Shown here: positions 39,001-51,600 of the stretch, piece after piece | Layout: each line of letters starts with the position of its first letter | Position numbering within the stretch: position 1 is the first letter of the stretch | From: Adineta vaga | Lineage: Eukaryota; Animalia; Rotifera | Assembly: GCA_021613535.1 (NCBI GenBank) | Contig: CP075496.1 | Coordinates: 5,642,001-5,706,000 of the forward strand | Direction of reading: 5' to 3' | DNA length: 64,000 bases | Notes under the pieces: model-generated | What the model was told of the DNA's origin: nothing | The model's database searches: none | Seen by the model: only the letters and a program-made list of their open reading frames with translations | Made by a program: the position numbers and the translations under genes

Positions 39001-40989
39001 TAAATGGACACAATTAAATCATGTTTCAACACCAAAACTCTATTATCGTCGTGGAAAATTTATTCTAGATGATCAACATTTACTGATTTTAACTGCATCT
39101 ACAATGAAATATTCACGAATGAAAGTACAAATTATTCGTACGAATCCAAATACAATGACAAATAACAGTACAACAACTCCAAATATAACTACTATTGCAA
39201 GTAATAGTACTAAGAATCAAGATGAAGTTAATCCTCAATTAGCTGATCCTGTTATTGTAGCAAAAGTAAGTTTTCTTTTTTGATTCTTGCAAAGAGTTTT
39301 CATTGAATTCTAATTTAGGTTCGAAAATTTCTTGAATCATTGTTAAATGATATTAAATCCACATGGATACGTCGTCTAGCATTTCAATGTATGGTTATAT
39401 GTCCGTGTGGAAAAATTTGTGATTTACATAAAACTCCTTATTGTTCAAATAATATATGTCTACATTTTTTGAATCTTGATCATTGTCTTTCAAATCCAGT
39501 AAGTTCTCGTTTGTTTTTATTTCAATTATCTTTTCTTCATTATTTTACCAAATATGTTTTTAAAAGATTGTTGAATGTTCATTTCGTCGTGTACCAACAA
39601 ATCAATATCGAAATTGGTTTCCGAAATTAACCACAACACGTGCTGTACCAGTTATTGATATATTGTACGATCAAAAATCAATGAATCATTTTTTTGAAGA
39701 TTCAAATCTTCCCGGTTGGATACGTTCAACTGCAAAACTTCTTTCGACAGCAGTTGTTAATATAAATCTTAATAAGTCTTCGAGTGAAAATCGTACATGG
39801 GTTATTTTAGCAAAGAAACTTGGTTACCAACAATCTGTTATCGATCAATTTGCTCTTAGTCGAAATCCAAGTTTACAATTAATTACTGACTGGATTGTTC
39901 GAAGTGGTAATTCATCATTAGCTGTTGACATGTTACTTGCAACAATGAAACAAATTGGACGTGATGATTTGGTGGATATTATATCACGAGAACGAGAAGC
40001 ACAAAATTCTCTACCATCAGTTTTTATTAGTTATCAATGGGATATACAAGAGGAAGTAAAAGAATTACGAAGTTTTTTAGAATTGGTTGGTTTTACTTGC
40101 TGGATGGATATGGGACAAATTGGTGGTGGAGAACTTTTATATGAAAAAATTGATCATGGAATACGAAATGCTAAAGTAAAATATAAGAAACTATTTTAAT
40201 AAGATTTTGTAATACAATGATTTGTCTCGATTAGGTCATTATATCTTGTATAACACCAATGTATATTGTTTCAAATATGTGTCGACGTGAATTGATTCTC
40301 GCTGATATGTTGAAAAAACCGATTGTACCAGTGATGTTTGAATTAACACCATGGCCACCATTGGGCGCAGCAAGTTTAATCCTTACACAATTAGCTTATG
40401 TCGATTTGAAAGGTAAAATTGCTTTTTGTTTTCTCTTATCATTGATATCATTTGAATTCATTTAATTCTATCAGGTGCTGGTGGACATGGTGGTAGTGGT
40501 AAAGCTGCTGATTTACAAGCACGTTATAATGAAATTGCATCCATGGTATCTCGACATACAACATCATCATCGCCGAGCACATTTCGTCGATTAGTACATT
40601 CATCTTCACTTGATAAACGTGGTACTAGTCATCCTTCATCTAATTTAGCAGCATTGACTACTGCACGACATACGAAACAAACACGAAATCATCAACGTCG
40701 TAATACGACTTCACTCAATTCAAATGAAAGTTCGAATAGTAGTATGAGTGAAGATGAATATGACTATGATTATAATGAAACTGATGGTAGTGATCAGCAT
40801 GCTCGGCCAATTGAGCCCATATTAACTGCATCTAATATTGGTCCACCTGTTGCTGCATCTCTAAATCAACCATTTCAAATTCGTAGTTCTGTTCATTTAG
40901 AACATCGTCTTGGTCCAATGACAAATAATTATTCTCCACCAAATGTTAACAATTCTGTTGCTAGTTGTGCTGTTTGTAGCATTCTGTGA
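36022..40989 (+). CDS. Roco-family protein: Neuralized(NHR)-Roc GTPase-COR-Cys-rich-Death-TIR, ending in a CaaX box
   Basis: NHR (YGAAINISSDGLSARRTNGFANGIVFTNR...WQGSLRIG), P-loop GPKLCGKSS, G3 LWDMPG, IFLSSRAIYLLVFDL, G4 LVGTHRN, COR (EQIPTRWLHFE; FYHDLGVIVYF; ILRPQKL), death domain (WVILAKKLGY...LITDW...IGRDDLVDII), TIR (VFISYQWD...CWMDMGQIGGG...CRRELILA...PIVPV), terminal CAVCSIL*. Confidence 0.9.
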
Positions 40990-41740
40990 TGAATTTATTT
41001 TATTCTGTTGTTGTTTATTCGAAAAATATTTATATTGTGTTCAATGATGCTGAAAATGATGAATTTTTGAATAAAGAACAGAGATTAATAAAACATCTTT
41101 GAGTATCTAATGGAATAAGATGACATTTTCCTTTTACTAATTATCTTTCCTTTTTCTTTTTTTATCAAAATTGCTGACAAAAACATGTTTCCTATCATTT
41201 ATAGAATCTCACTAATTAAGTTTCAAAGAATATTCTCGTCATTGAATGATTTTACTTCTGACGTCAAAGAATATTTTTGTAAACCATCAACTCATTATGA
41301 TGTCGTTTTATTTCATCCGAATGATTATAGCTAACGGGACGAATCAAAACAAAATGAGATTAATAGATTAGACGTTGACATGATTCAAATCGCAATGTAT
41401 TAATGAAAAAAGATAGAATTTCCACAGATGCGTGGTATATGATAAGAATAGAAATAAATAGGAAACGACCTCGAAAAAAGCATCTTTAATGAAATATATC
41501 TTGTTACATTCGATGCTCTTTTGAATCATACACATGTATTCAATGAAACTTAATTTTCCTAAGAATCAGATTTCAAGCAAATAATATACTTTTGTATGAA
41601 TGAGTCAGAAAGCTCGTGACACCTATTGTTGTTGTTGTTGTTTTTCTTTTCTTTTATAATGTTAATGTACGTAACAGTGTTGCACAACAACGTTGCAATA
41701 TCATCATATCATCTTTATTTTGTATTTATTTCTCATCAAC

Positions 41741-42820
41741 ATGATGCAAATAGTAGGTGCATCAGACAAACTACCGGATATTGGAGATGATTTCTATCAT
41801 GATGATAATCAATCGACTTTATCCTTTTCAACTCAAGAACAAATATTAAGTGAAGATTTACCGCCATTGGAAATTGTTCGTGAAATGATTAAATATGAAA
41901 CAACTTTACGTTTATCAGAACCCATTCAAGATCTTTTTGATCTATATCATCAAGATGATAAAGCTATAACGTAAGTTTGTACTGACTATATAAATAAGAA
42001 ATTCTCTCTTTTGACAATCAATAGAATGGTGCTGGACTTCGTACAAAAACATGTTGTAGAACATTTTGGTTATAAACATGTCAATGCTTTACGTACAGCT
42101 GTCTCGCGTTTTCCTGATGATCCAGTGATTAAAGAAGCTTTCTATAGTAACTAGAAAAGTAACTACTAGTCAAAATATAACGAAATAAATTTTATATTTT
42201 AGTCAAACATAATAAGATAACTCAAGGTCTTGTCAATCAAGGTCAATGTGTACAAGATGTCAATTTATTTACTGTAGATGGACAACCAACTACGCTTTTC
42301 TCTCAAATTAGTCCTGGTCAACCCTTAGTTCTCTTGGCCGGTTCAACTACATGACCTCCATTTCTGGCGGCTGTCGAGCGAATAAAGTAATCTATTGACT
42401 TCTTGCTTTCTTTTATTTAACTACATAGTTAATTATTTATTAAGTGCATTATTCCGCTCACATTCGCCAGTTATGCGTCTTTTGACAATTTATATTGCCG
42501 AGGCGCATGCACGTGATCAATGGCCAGCTGGAAAAATTATTTCATGTCATGATCAACCAAAAACATTAGAACAACGTTTGACAAATGCTCGAAACTTTCA
42601 AAAAAAATATAAATTCGAAATGCCAATGCTTGTAGATAGTATAGATAATACATTTCACACAACATATGGATCATGGCCATTTCGTTTCTATGTAATTAAC
42701 GATGGAAAATTAGTATATAAAGCTGAACCAGGTGAAACAACCTATGCTTATGAAATGGATGAATTAGATCAATGGATCGAGAACTTCTATCGAGAAAAAG
42801 GAATTGAACAAAAATCTTAA
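41741..42820 (+). CDS. Iodothyronine-deiodinase-like selenoprotein (Sec at TGA 42352-42354); exons 41741-41970, 42025-42146, 42203-42386, 42445-42820
   Basis: Spliced frame reads ...PGQPLVLLAGSTT-U-PPFLAAVERINALF...TIYIAEAHARDQWP...QPKTLEQRL...LVDSIDN...YGSWPFRFYVI, matching deiodinase PLVxxxGSxTUPPF, YIxEAHxxDxW and YGAxPxR motifs. Confidence 0.92.
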
Positions 42821-42907
42821 GCAAGAAAGAAAAAGCAAATGTCAGTTTTATTCGTAATTAATGTAACATTATCTAAATTCATTTTGTGTTTTGTTTCTTA
42901 ATGTTTC

Positions 42908-43010
42908 GAAATTTGTTTCAGAGATATCTATGATTATTGTGTAACGAAAAAACACTACGAGTGTTTGTACACAATTTGAGAAACGATTTATTATTCTCTC
43001 GAACAGATTC
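42908..43010 (+). promoter_or_regulatory. Type II SECIS element
   Basis: ATGAT at 42930; helix II ATTGTGTA/TACACAAT; unpaired AAA 12 nt from the core; apical mini-stem AAACAC-TACGA-GTGTTT; 3' core TGAG at 42977-42980; lower helix ATTTGTTTCAGAGA/TCTCTCGAACAGAT; ~110 nt after the stop codon. Confidence 0.9.
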
Positions 43011-45637
43011 AAATCAATAGAATATCAAGAATCAAATATAAATATGAATTTAGTAGATGTTAAGATATTTTATGTTATATTTCGTTGAATTTGATTTGAA
43101 TTGAAGTCTTATGTTAGACAGGAAAGAAAAACTTCATATTTATCTGTATTCTATCTTGAATCAAGTTTTTCCATTCTTGCTAATATTTATCCATTAATCT
43201 GCTCACATTATTAACCTGTTGCATGTGAAGGATGTTCTCTAATCGTTAATTCTTGTCCAGATTGTCTTTATTTACATATCATGTACGATATGTTTGCCAT
43301 TTCTAATATTAACAATGACATGCATAGAATAACAATGATAGAAATAATAAGAGTACACTCAGATTGTCTATCCATAATATTAGATAAGGCTAGAGAAATA
43401 AAGACGGCAAAAAAATCTCGAAGAGTACTGTCGAAAAAGAATTTGCAATGAATCAAATCAATCAGGTTCATTAAACGATAAAATGTGCATATTTCATAAA
43501 TAGATTCTCTTACGATCTGATAAGAACAACTTTTTCAAGCAGTGCATGTTAAGCAATACAAATGATATTAGTCTGCATATATTATCAATCCATCAGCTGA
43601 TGAACATACTCTGTCTCTCTCTCTCTCAAATTAACGAACAGAACCGATCTCAAGAAGATCATGTCAGTGTGTAGATAACATTGTCGACTCGATGAGAAAT
43701 TCTGTCAATATATCTATTCTATAAAAACGATTTATTTTTCTGGTAATCGTATGTATATCATAAAGATGTTTGATTATAAGATATCCTTATATAACTGAAT
43801 ATGTCAATATAATCTTTCAAAATTGACATTTTTCTAATAATAATCAGATTAGATTTTTCTCTGCTCTCTTGTCGTATTTTGTGAATATTATATTGTTTTA
43901 GTTGTTATTGAAGTGTTCAATACTTCAATAGAATAATGATCAGTTGAACAAAAGAGAAAGGATTTCATTAGAATGAGTTTTCTATTGATTCTCTAGACAA
44001 TCTGATTTTTAATAATATATTTAATATCGTTTGCTTTCAATGAAAAGTTTATTGAAGTAATTCGATATGATTCAATCGTGTTCGAAAAAGTAGAATTGAC
44101 AAGATAAGCTTTTTCTTTCTTCATTTTGTACATGTGATAAAGACATTTTATTTCATGTTAGATCATCACTCAACATTTGTTCATACGAACCAGTTATAAC
44201 TTTTTGACTCGACACAAATATGGACTTTTTTCTTCTTCTTCTTTTGTCTATTCCATCAATTAGTTATCGTGCACAAAAGTCCACAACTTATTCAATTGAT
44301 CAATTCATAGTTCTTTTAATCATATTAGTACAATTGAGACCAGAACGGAACCATCTTTAATGCTCTATATCTCCTCCTACTTTTTCATTCATTCACTTCC
44401 TTACACAATTTTCTGCCCTTCGATGTCTTACTGATCATTATTGATTGAATGGAAAAAGGTCAAAATCACAACTGAGTTCCGCATTCTTTCTCTCTCTTCT
44501 GCACTATATTAATCACTATCTTACATACATACATATATACATACATACGTATATATATATATATATGTGTGTGTGTATTTCAGGTATCGTACACTATGCT
44601 GTCCTACTTCACTGATGATTACATAAGAGAAAAAAAACCCTGCTCGACGAAGAAAAAGACCAGAAGAATAAAAATAAACAACATATACATGTGCAGCAGG
44701 ATCGTTTCATTCATTTTTTTCTCCATTCTGAAGAAACAAGTGAAAAAAGGATCAAAATATCGTGTATATCGCGGGAAATTCAAGGCCATTTATACAATAT
44801 CAATAACGATTGAGACACTCGTCAATTACACACAGAACGAAAAGTAGGAAGTCAAAAGCAAGTTTTGAGATATTCTAATTAACAAAACATGAAGACATGC
44901 GTCAGTTTCAAGTTAACTACATCGAAAAACAATATCCTGTGTATGTATTTATGTTATTTTGTCATTATTTATTCACTGACAAAACTAATAATTGTTAGTG
45001 TCAATGTAATGACAGTAACAAAAAAAGAATTTCAAAGAATCATTGTTCTTTTCATTCGGCTTGCTTTCTTTTTTTCTCTCTTTCTCGTTTTTTTTTCTTC
45101 ATCCTCATCTTCGTCTTCGTCATCTCATCGAGAGCAAAATGAGCCGCTCAATTTTCGACTAGTTTCATCGGAAGGAAATTTCAAAGGCGCAACGATAACA
45201 TAAAAATCAAATTCTCTTTTGTAGTGCAACCAGCTATCAAATTTCTCGTTCGGATTTTTCTTTGACATTAATCGATAGGAAAAAAAGTACTCTGTTAGTC
45301 GGTCACAGAGATGAATGAATCCAGCTTGTTTCTCTATTTTATTGTATCGATCCTGTTTTTAATCGGAATCCATTAAACCTCTCTCCTGTCCCTCTCTCCG
45401 ATTCGTCAGAGAAAGGCTTCTTGAATGAAAAGAGGCACCTCCAACCGAGTTATACTATTTAGATTCTGCCTTTTTTGCAGCGAAAATAATCAGAATTATA
45501 TAAAATCCGATTTTTTCAATACGATGAGTGGGAGAAACATTACAATCACATAAGGTCAATATAAACGCCTAGTAAAAAATTTTTATGTTTCATTTTAGAT
45601 TAATATAATATGATTATCTAACTATTGTCTAACATCG

Positions 45638-47914
45638 ATGGTTGAAACCTCGGTGTGGTTTATTTTGATTTGGTTACTTAATTTACAAAATATACAATCA
45701 ATCGATAATATCAAGTAAATTTATTTTGAAAGAGAAAAATTTGTAGTTAAAACTGAATATTTTCTTTGATAAACATCTAGTTATTTGAATGGCTTGAAAA
45801 ACGAAATACATCTAAATACAACATCAGGACTGTTTCAAGGTAAACAAGTCACGATTCAAAATGTTTCAATTCGACAATTTTTCGGTATTTCATACGGTGA
45901 AAAACCAGTGCGATTTGAACGATCTACTTTACGACGATATAATTCACAATCAATTATTCATGCCATAAAACAACCACCTGCATGTCCACAAATATCGGAT
46001 GATCATTCATATGGTCCATTTCAATTATCTAATCGTTTTGATGAAGATTGTTTAACATTAAATATATTTATACCAGAACCGAGATCATCATCGATACCAA
46101 AAGCGATTATGGTTTTCTCTTATAGTTCGTTGAATCAAATTGGTTCAGCATCTTTAGTTGATGGAAGTGTACTTGCTGCTCTTGGTGATGTAATTGTGAT
46201 TACTATTAATCATCGTTTGAATATCTTTGGTTTTCTTTCATCGAATATGCCAGGAAATTATGGATTATATGATCAATTATTAGCATTGAAATGGATATCA
46301 TTAAATGCCAAACAATTCAACGGAGATTCAAAACGAATAACATATGTAGGTCATTCAACTGGTGCTGTAAATGCTCTTCTACTTGCAATGTCGAATTATT
46401 CAGATGGATTATTAACACGAGTTATTGCTCAAAGTGGTTGTCCATTAAATCGATGGTATATATTATAATTTAGGCTTATTTTTATCTGATAAGATTCTTT
46501 ATAGGGCAATTGATCGACAGCCAAAAGTTCGTTTCAATAATGTCATGAAACAAAATAATATGAATGTTAAAAAAAAATTCATAAAATCGAGTATGGATCG
46601 ATTGAAAACGATGCCAATAGAAGAGTTTCATTATATGTATCGTGATGAATTATCAGAATTGCCAGATTATCCGTAAGAAATCGAACTATTTAATTTCATA
46701 TTTGACTAAATTTCGTGTGTGTGTGTGTGTCTTTCTTCAATGTTAGATTTCCAGTTGTTGATGATGATCTAATATTTCATGATTTTGAATATGTGATTCG
46801 TACTGGTTCATTGAGGAATATTGATATTTTAATCGGTGTGACAGCGGATGAATCGTTATCTACAGCTGAAGAACATATATTTTATCATTATTTACCGAAA
46901 AATGGCCGTCCAACAGATTTACATTCGTCAATATCGAAAAATATTCGAACATCTTCAACAAGACGATCTTTGACTGTAAATGAACAAGCACACGGATTTT
47001 CCTATTTTCGAAAAAATAATTATATTAAAAAGTATTTACAAACAAATCATCCAGAATATCTTTGTTTCTATGATGAAATACGAACACGATATACTCCAAT
47101 GAAAAATCATCAACATAATGTAACTGAGACCACTCGTCTCTACACGGATCTAGTCAGGTAAACAAATTACATTAATATCAATCAGTATCATTCCTTTGTA
47201 TCTCTAGTGATTTGATGATTTATTATGATTTAATTCATTTTCTTCATGAACGTTTATATTCAAAATCTCTTGCATCAACTTATGTATATTATTATACGAA
47301 TCCACCGCTTTACAAACGCGAAAATTCTCTACACCATAACTCTCATATGGTCGGACATTTTGCTGAACTTGACCTTCTATTGGGCCTTCCATTTCTTAAT
47401 CGATCAGATATAGAAAGAATTACAAAGATGAATTTATCTTATACATCCAATGAAATCGAACTCAGTCATCAAATGATTCGATACTGGACAAATTTTGCTA
47501 AAACAGGTAATCAATTTCTTCTCTTATTTCACCACATATTATTGTTTCGGTTTTTTTGTCTTTCTCTCTAAAGGAAATCCAAATTCACCTGATAATGTTT
47601 CTATTTATTGGCCTTTATATGAATCCATTGAAAAATCATACATTAATTTCCATGGCAATCAAATTCGTGTAGAAAATCAATTTCTAGAGGAACGTTTTCG
47701 ATTTTGGGATATGATATCACATCGTCAAGTATGTTTACCATTTCATTGGTATCATACATTTTTACTTATTAGTATATTAATATTTACCATTCTCTTAATT
47801 GTAATTTATATTTTTTATAATACAAAACGTTCACGACGAAATATCAAACCAACTGAATTATTAACTGCAAATGTTATAACAACTTATGATTTTTTACCAA
47901 GTGCTGCTCCTTAA
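45638..47914 (+). CDS. Neuroligin-like / type-B carboxylesterase-fold single-pass membrane protein
   Basis: Signal-like exon MVETSVWFILIWLL; PPACPQ, EDCLTLNIF, DGSVLAALGDVIVITINHRLNIFGFLS, PGNYGLYDQLLALKWI, GHSTG, IAQSG, YWTNFAKTGNPN; C-terminal TM FLLISILIFTILLIVIYIFY and a short tail. Confidence 0.88.
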
Positions 47915-48636
47915 TTTCCATATCTATTTCTTTCTCTGTCTTCTTTTGTCTATTATGTGCCTGTTTAATTCTAATTAGTTTAACTTATGTCAATAAATCA
48001 GTTCTTCTTTTTTTATTTATCACATAAAAAGAAAGTCTATCAAAAAAAGAGAAAAAGACTGTCATAAATTGAGTTGAAGCACTAGCGAACGAATATTGTG
48101 CCATTTCTCTCCTCTTGCTATACATGTGAATCTATTCAACAACTTCATAAACATTGAATATGAATATATATATATATATATTAGATCTAATTTTACCAGT
48201 ATATTCAATCTATAAAGTATGAATAGGTTTGTGTTATATGCTTATCTGATTGATGAACAATCGCTCATGTTTCTTCTCTCTATCAGCGGTGAATTGATGA
48301 AGAACGCAAAATGTCGACAATGGTAACGCTGGTCGAATGAAATTTTCTTTCGTCTGTTCCGTTTTTTTATGTCCTTTCTCGTCAGTGGGTTGAAATGTGA
48401 AGAAAAAAAGAAACCAAGAGGTAGAAGCAATGTAAAGGAAGAGAAAAGAAAAAGAGAAACTCATGCAGACAGGTATGATTCATTCATATACGTGTTGACC
48501 GACGTTGAAGCAGTGGACATAGTGAGCGCGCGTGTATATGTACAGTTGTGTCCTTTGCTTGAACGCGACATTTTCAAGGTTGTATGAATAATCCCTATTG
48601 CTTAGAAAGAAGATTCAATCAACGTAAAAACTAGAA

Positions 48637-51600
48637 ATGGTAAGAATTAAATGACTATCAAAATGACAACCTTGAAAAGTTCACGATCGTATTTTTTTAC
48701 TTTTTCTTCTACTAGAATGGTGGTTATGCAAATGGAGGCGGTGGTAATGATCGAAATGATTCGACTCGAATTGTATCTTATCGATCAGCAGTTAGCCGAG
48801 ATCATTCCCGAACAACTCATCGAAGCAAACGAAAACGTGTTGGTAATGATATTGATTTAAATGATATTAATGCTGATTTAGTTTATGTAAGTTTTTATTT
48901 GTTATTTGTATTCTTTCTTTCGATACGATTTTTTATTCAATTTAGGATGAACATCAAATTTCCATTGAAGAACTTGTACATCGATTTGATACAGATCTAA
49001 GAACAGTAATTAACAGTTGATATTTTAATTTAATACTTGTTAATTTATTTATTAGGGTTTAACAAATATACAAGCTCGACAACGATTAATTGATGAAGGT
49101 CGAAATCATGTTGAACCACCACATGTCAGTATTTCTAAATCATGTGAACGTTTTTGGCTTCAACCATATATATTCTTCATTGCCATTTTATCTTTATTGG
49201 CTATTTTATGTTTCGTTGCTTTTGCTATTCAATTAAATACAAGACAAGAAATAACATATGAAAATGTAATCAAACGATATTTTTCGAAAATGAACTATTA
49301 ATTTGAATATTTTTCTCTAATATTTAGCTTTATATGCTCATTGTTTTGATTATCTTCATTCTTTTACCAAGTATATTTACATTTGCTGTTAGTCATATAA
49401 GTGCCAACAAGTTACAATATTTACGATATCAAATAAAACAAGTAAGAAAACGATGAACAAGAAGAAGAAAAATCTCATTTGAGTTATTTCGTGTACATAA
49501 TAAGACACAAAAAAAGATCAGTAGACATGTAACAAAACGGAAGCCCTCCGATTATCGTCAGAGGACGAAAGTGTGTTTAAGAGAAGATGAAGAAGAAAAA
49601 CGAAAGGTGTGTATTCATGTTCGTCCTTCTCATAAACATCACATCACATCATAATATAAGATTGTGAATGATGAAGATGATCCTTCAAAAATCGATAGAC
49701 ACATACACAACACAATGATGACATTTTTCAATATTCTGACATATTATTATTGTATATTTCAAACGTACTCGCGTCATTTTTTTTAATCCAATAAGTCTCG
49801 ACTTGATGTTTATTACTGTTCTAATCGTTATTGAATAAGAAAAAAAACCGAGTAAGTTTTCAAACAATATCGATAACAACAATGATATTATCTACGGTAT
49901 TCATATATTTATCAATTTATTTTACAATAATTATTGGGCAAGAAATGCCATGTGAACCAAAAGATTCATGGTCATGGACACCATGGTTTAATTTTCATAC
50001 GCCATCAATTAAAGGGGAATATGAATTACATGCAGCTATTCGAAGTCGTCATCCAACAATCGTTTGTGCTGAACCACGTGGTGTATCAGCTGTCAATCAA
50101 GCCGGCGTTGATATGAATCAAACACTTGATATGATTTTATTACGTACGAATGATGTTTTCTGTTTAAATAGTTATGATCCGAAATATCAACGAAAAATGT
50201 GTGATGACTATAGTGTACGATATTGTTGCCCAAATTTCCTACCTCCATCCTCACCTTCACACCCACCACCACCACCGCCGCCGCCACCTCCACCACCATC
50301 ACCACCACAAACGATTAGAAATCAAATACGCGACATGTTTATTGGAAATACTACACATACAACAGCTTTAATAGATAATCAATCACGATTTGTTCAATCT
50401 ACATGTGGTCGAATAGCACGTTCGACAACATTTCATTCAAATACTCGTACAGGATTTTTTTCAAATCTATTTCATTCCATGCTTTCAAAAATTATTAATG
50501 GTGTTGAATCACGTCCGAATGGTTGGCCTTGGCTAGTATCAATTGGTGTGCGATATCGTGGCCCATCTGGTTTATGGCAAAATCGCACACATATCTGTGG
50601 TGGAACATTAATTGAACCATCACATGTTCTTACAGCTGCTCATTGCCTTGAACAGAAAATTGATGATCGTTATGTTCCATTTACATCAACAAATCCTACA
50701 TTGGAATCGTTTTTTATTCTACGTATTGGTATTCATGATATTCGTACAACACGTGCTGATGAAATCTATGGAGCACGACGTATATTTGTTCATGAAAGAT
50801 TCATTGCTAGTACATTTGAAAATGATATTGCAATCATTCGACTTGATCGACCTGTTGTCACTACTGAACATAGAGCACCAATTTGTTTACCATCGAGTAA
50901 TGTCTCACCAGGTACACAAGTAACAGTAGCTGGTTGGGGTACAGTTGCTGAAACTTCACGTGTTCATTCGAATGTACTTCGACAAGCAAATGTGAATATT
51001 TTACCAGCAACGAATTGTCGTGTGTATATGGATGTTCATTATGATACATCAAAACAATTATGTGCAGCTGCTTTAGATTGGTCAAAAGATACATGGTATG
51101 AATTTTTGATTCTGCTAGTTTTGTTTGATTAGCAATGAAATGGTGAACTTTTGGTTTTAGTGCTGGTGATAGTGGTGGACCATTGATGCATCAAGAAAAT
51201 GGTGAATGGTCAATAGGTGGTATTACCTCATATGGGTATGGTTGTTCTAAACGTGGATTTCCTGGTGTCTACGTTCGTACAGTGCCATATTTGACATGGA
51301 TTAAACAAAAAATGTTGAGCACTTATTAGAATTTGCTTCTTCTTCATTTTCATCATCATCATCATCATCATCTCGTTTTGTTTTATTTTACACATATTAA
51401 TAAATGACTCTAAGCAAAAAAAAGCAACAAAAAAAATATACGCGAATAAATAGAGATGTTTTTTTTTTGTTATTGTTGTTTGGGAATTTGTTTTTCATAT
51501 TAACTTTTATTTTTCATTGTTTTAGCACGTCAATGTTAAACGGGAAGGTGAATGGCAACGTGTTAATTCGGAAGATCTCGTTCGCGGTGATATTATACAT

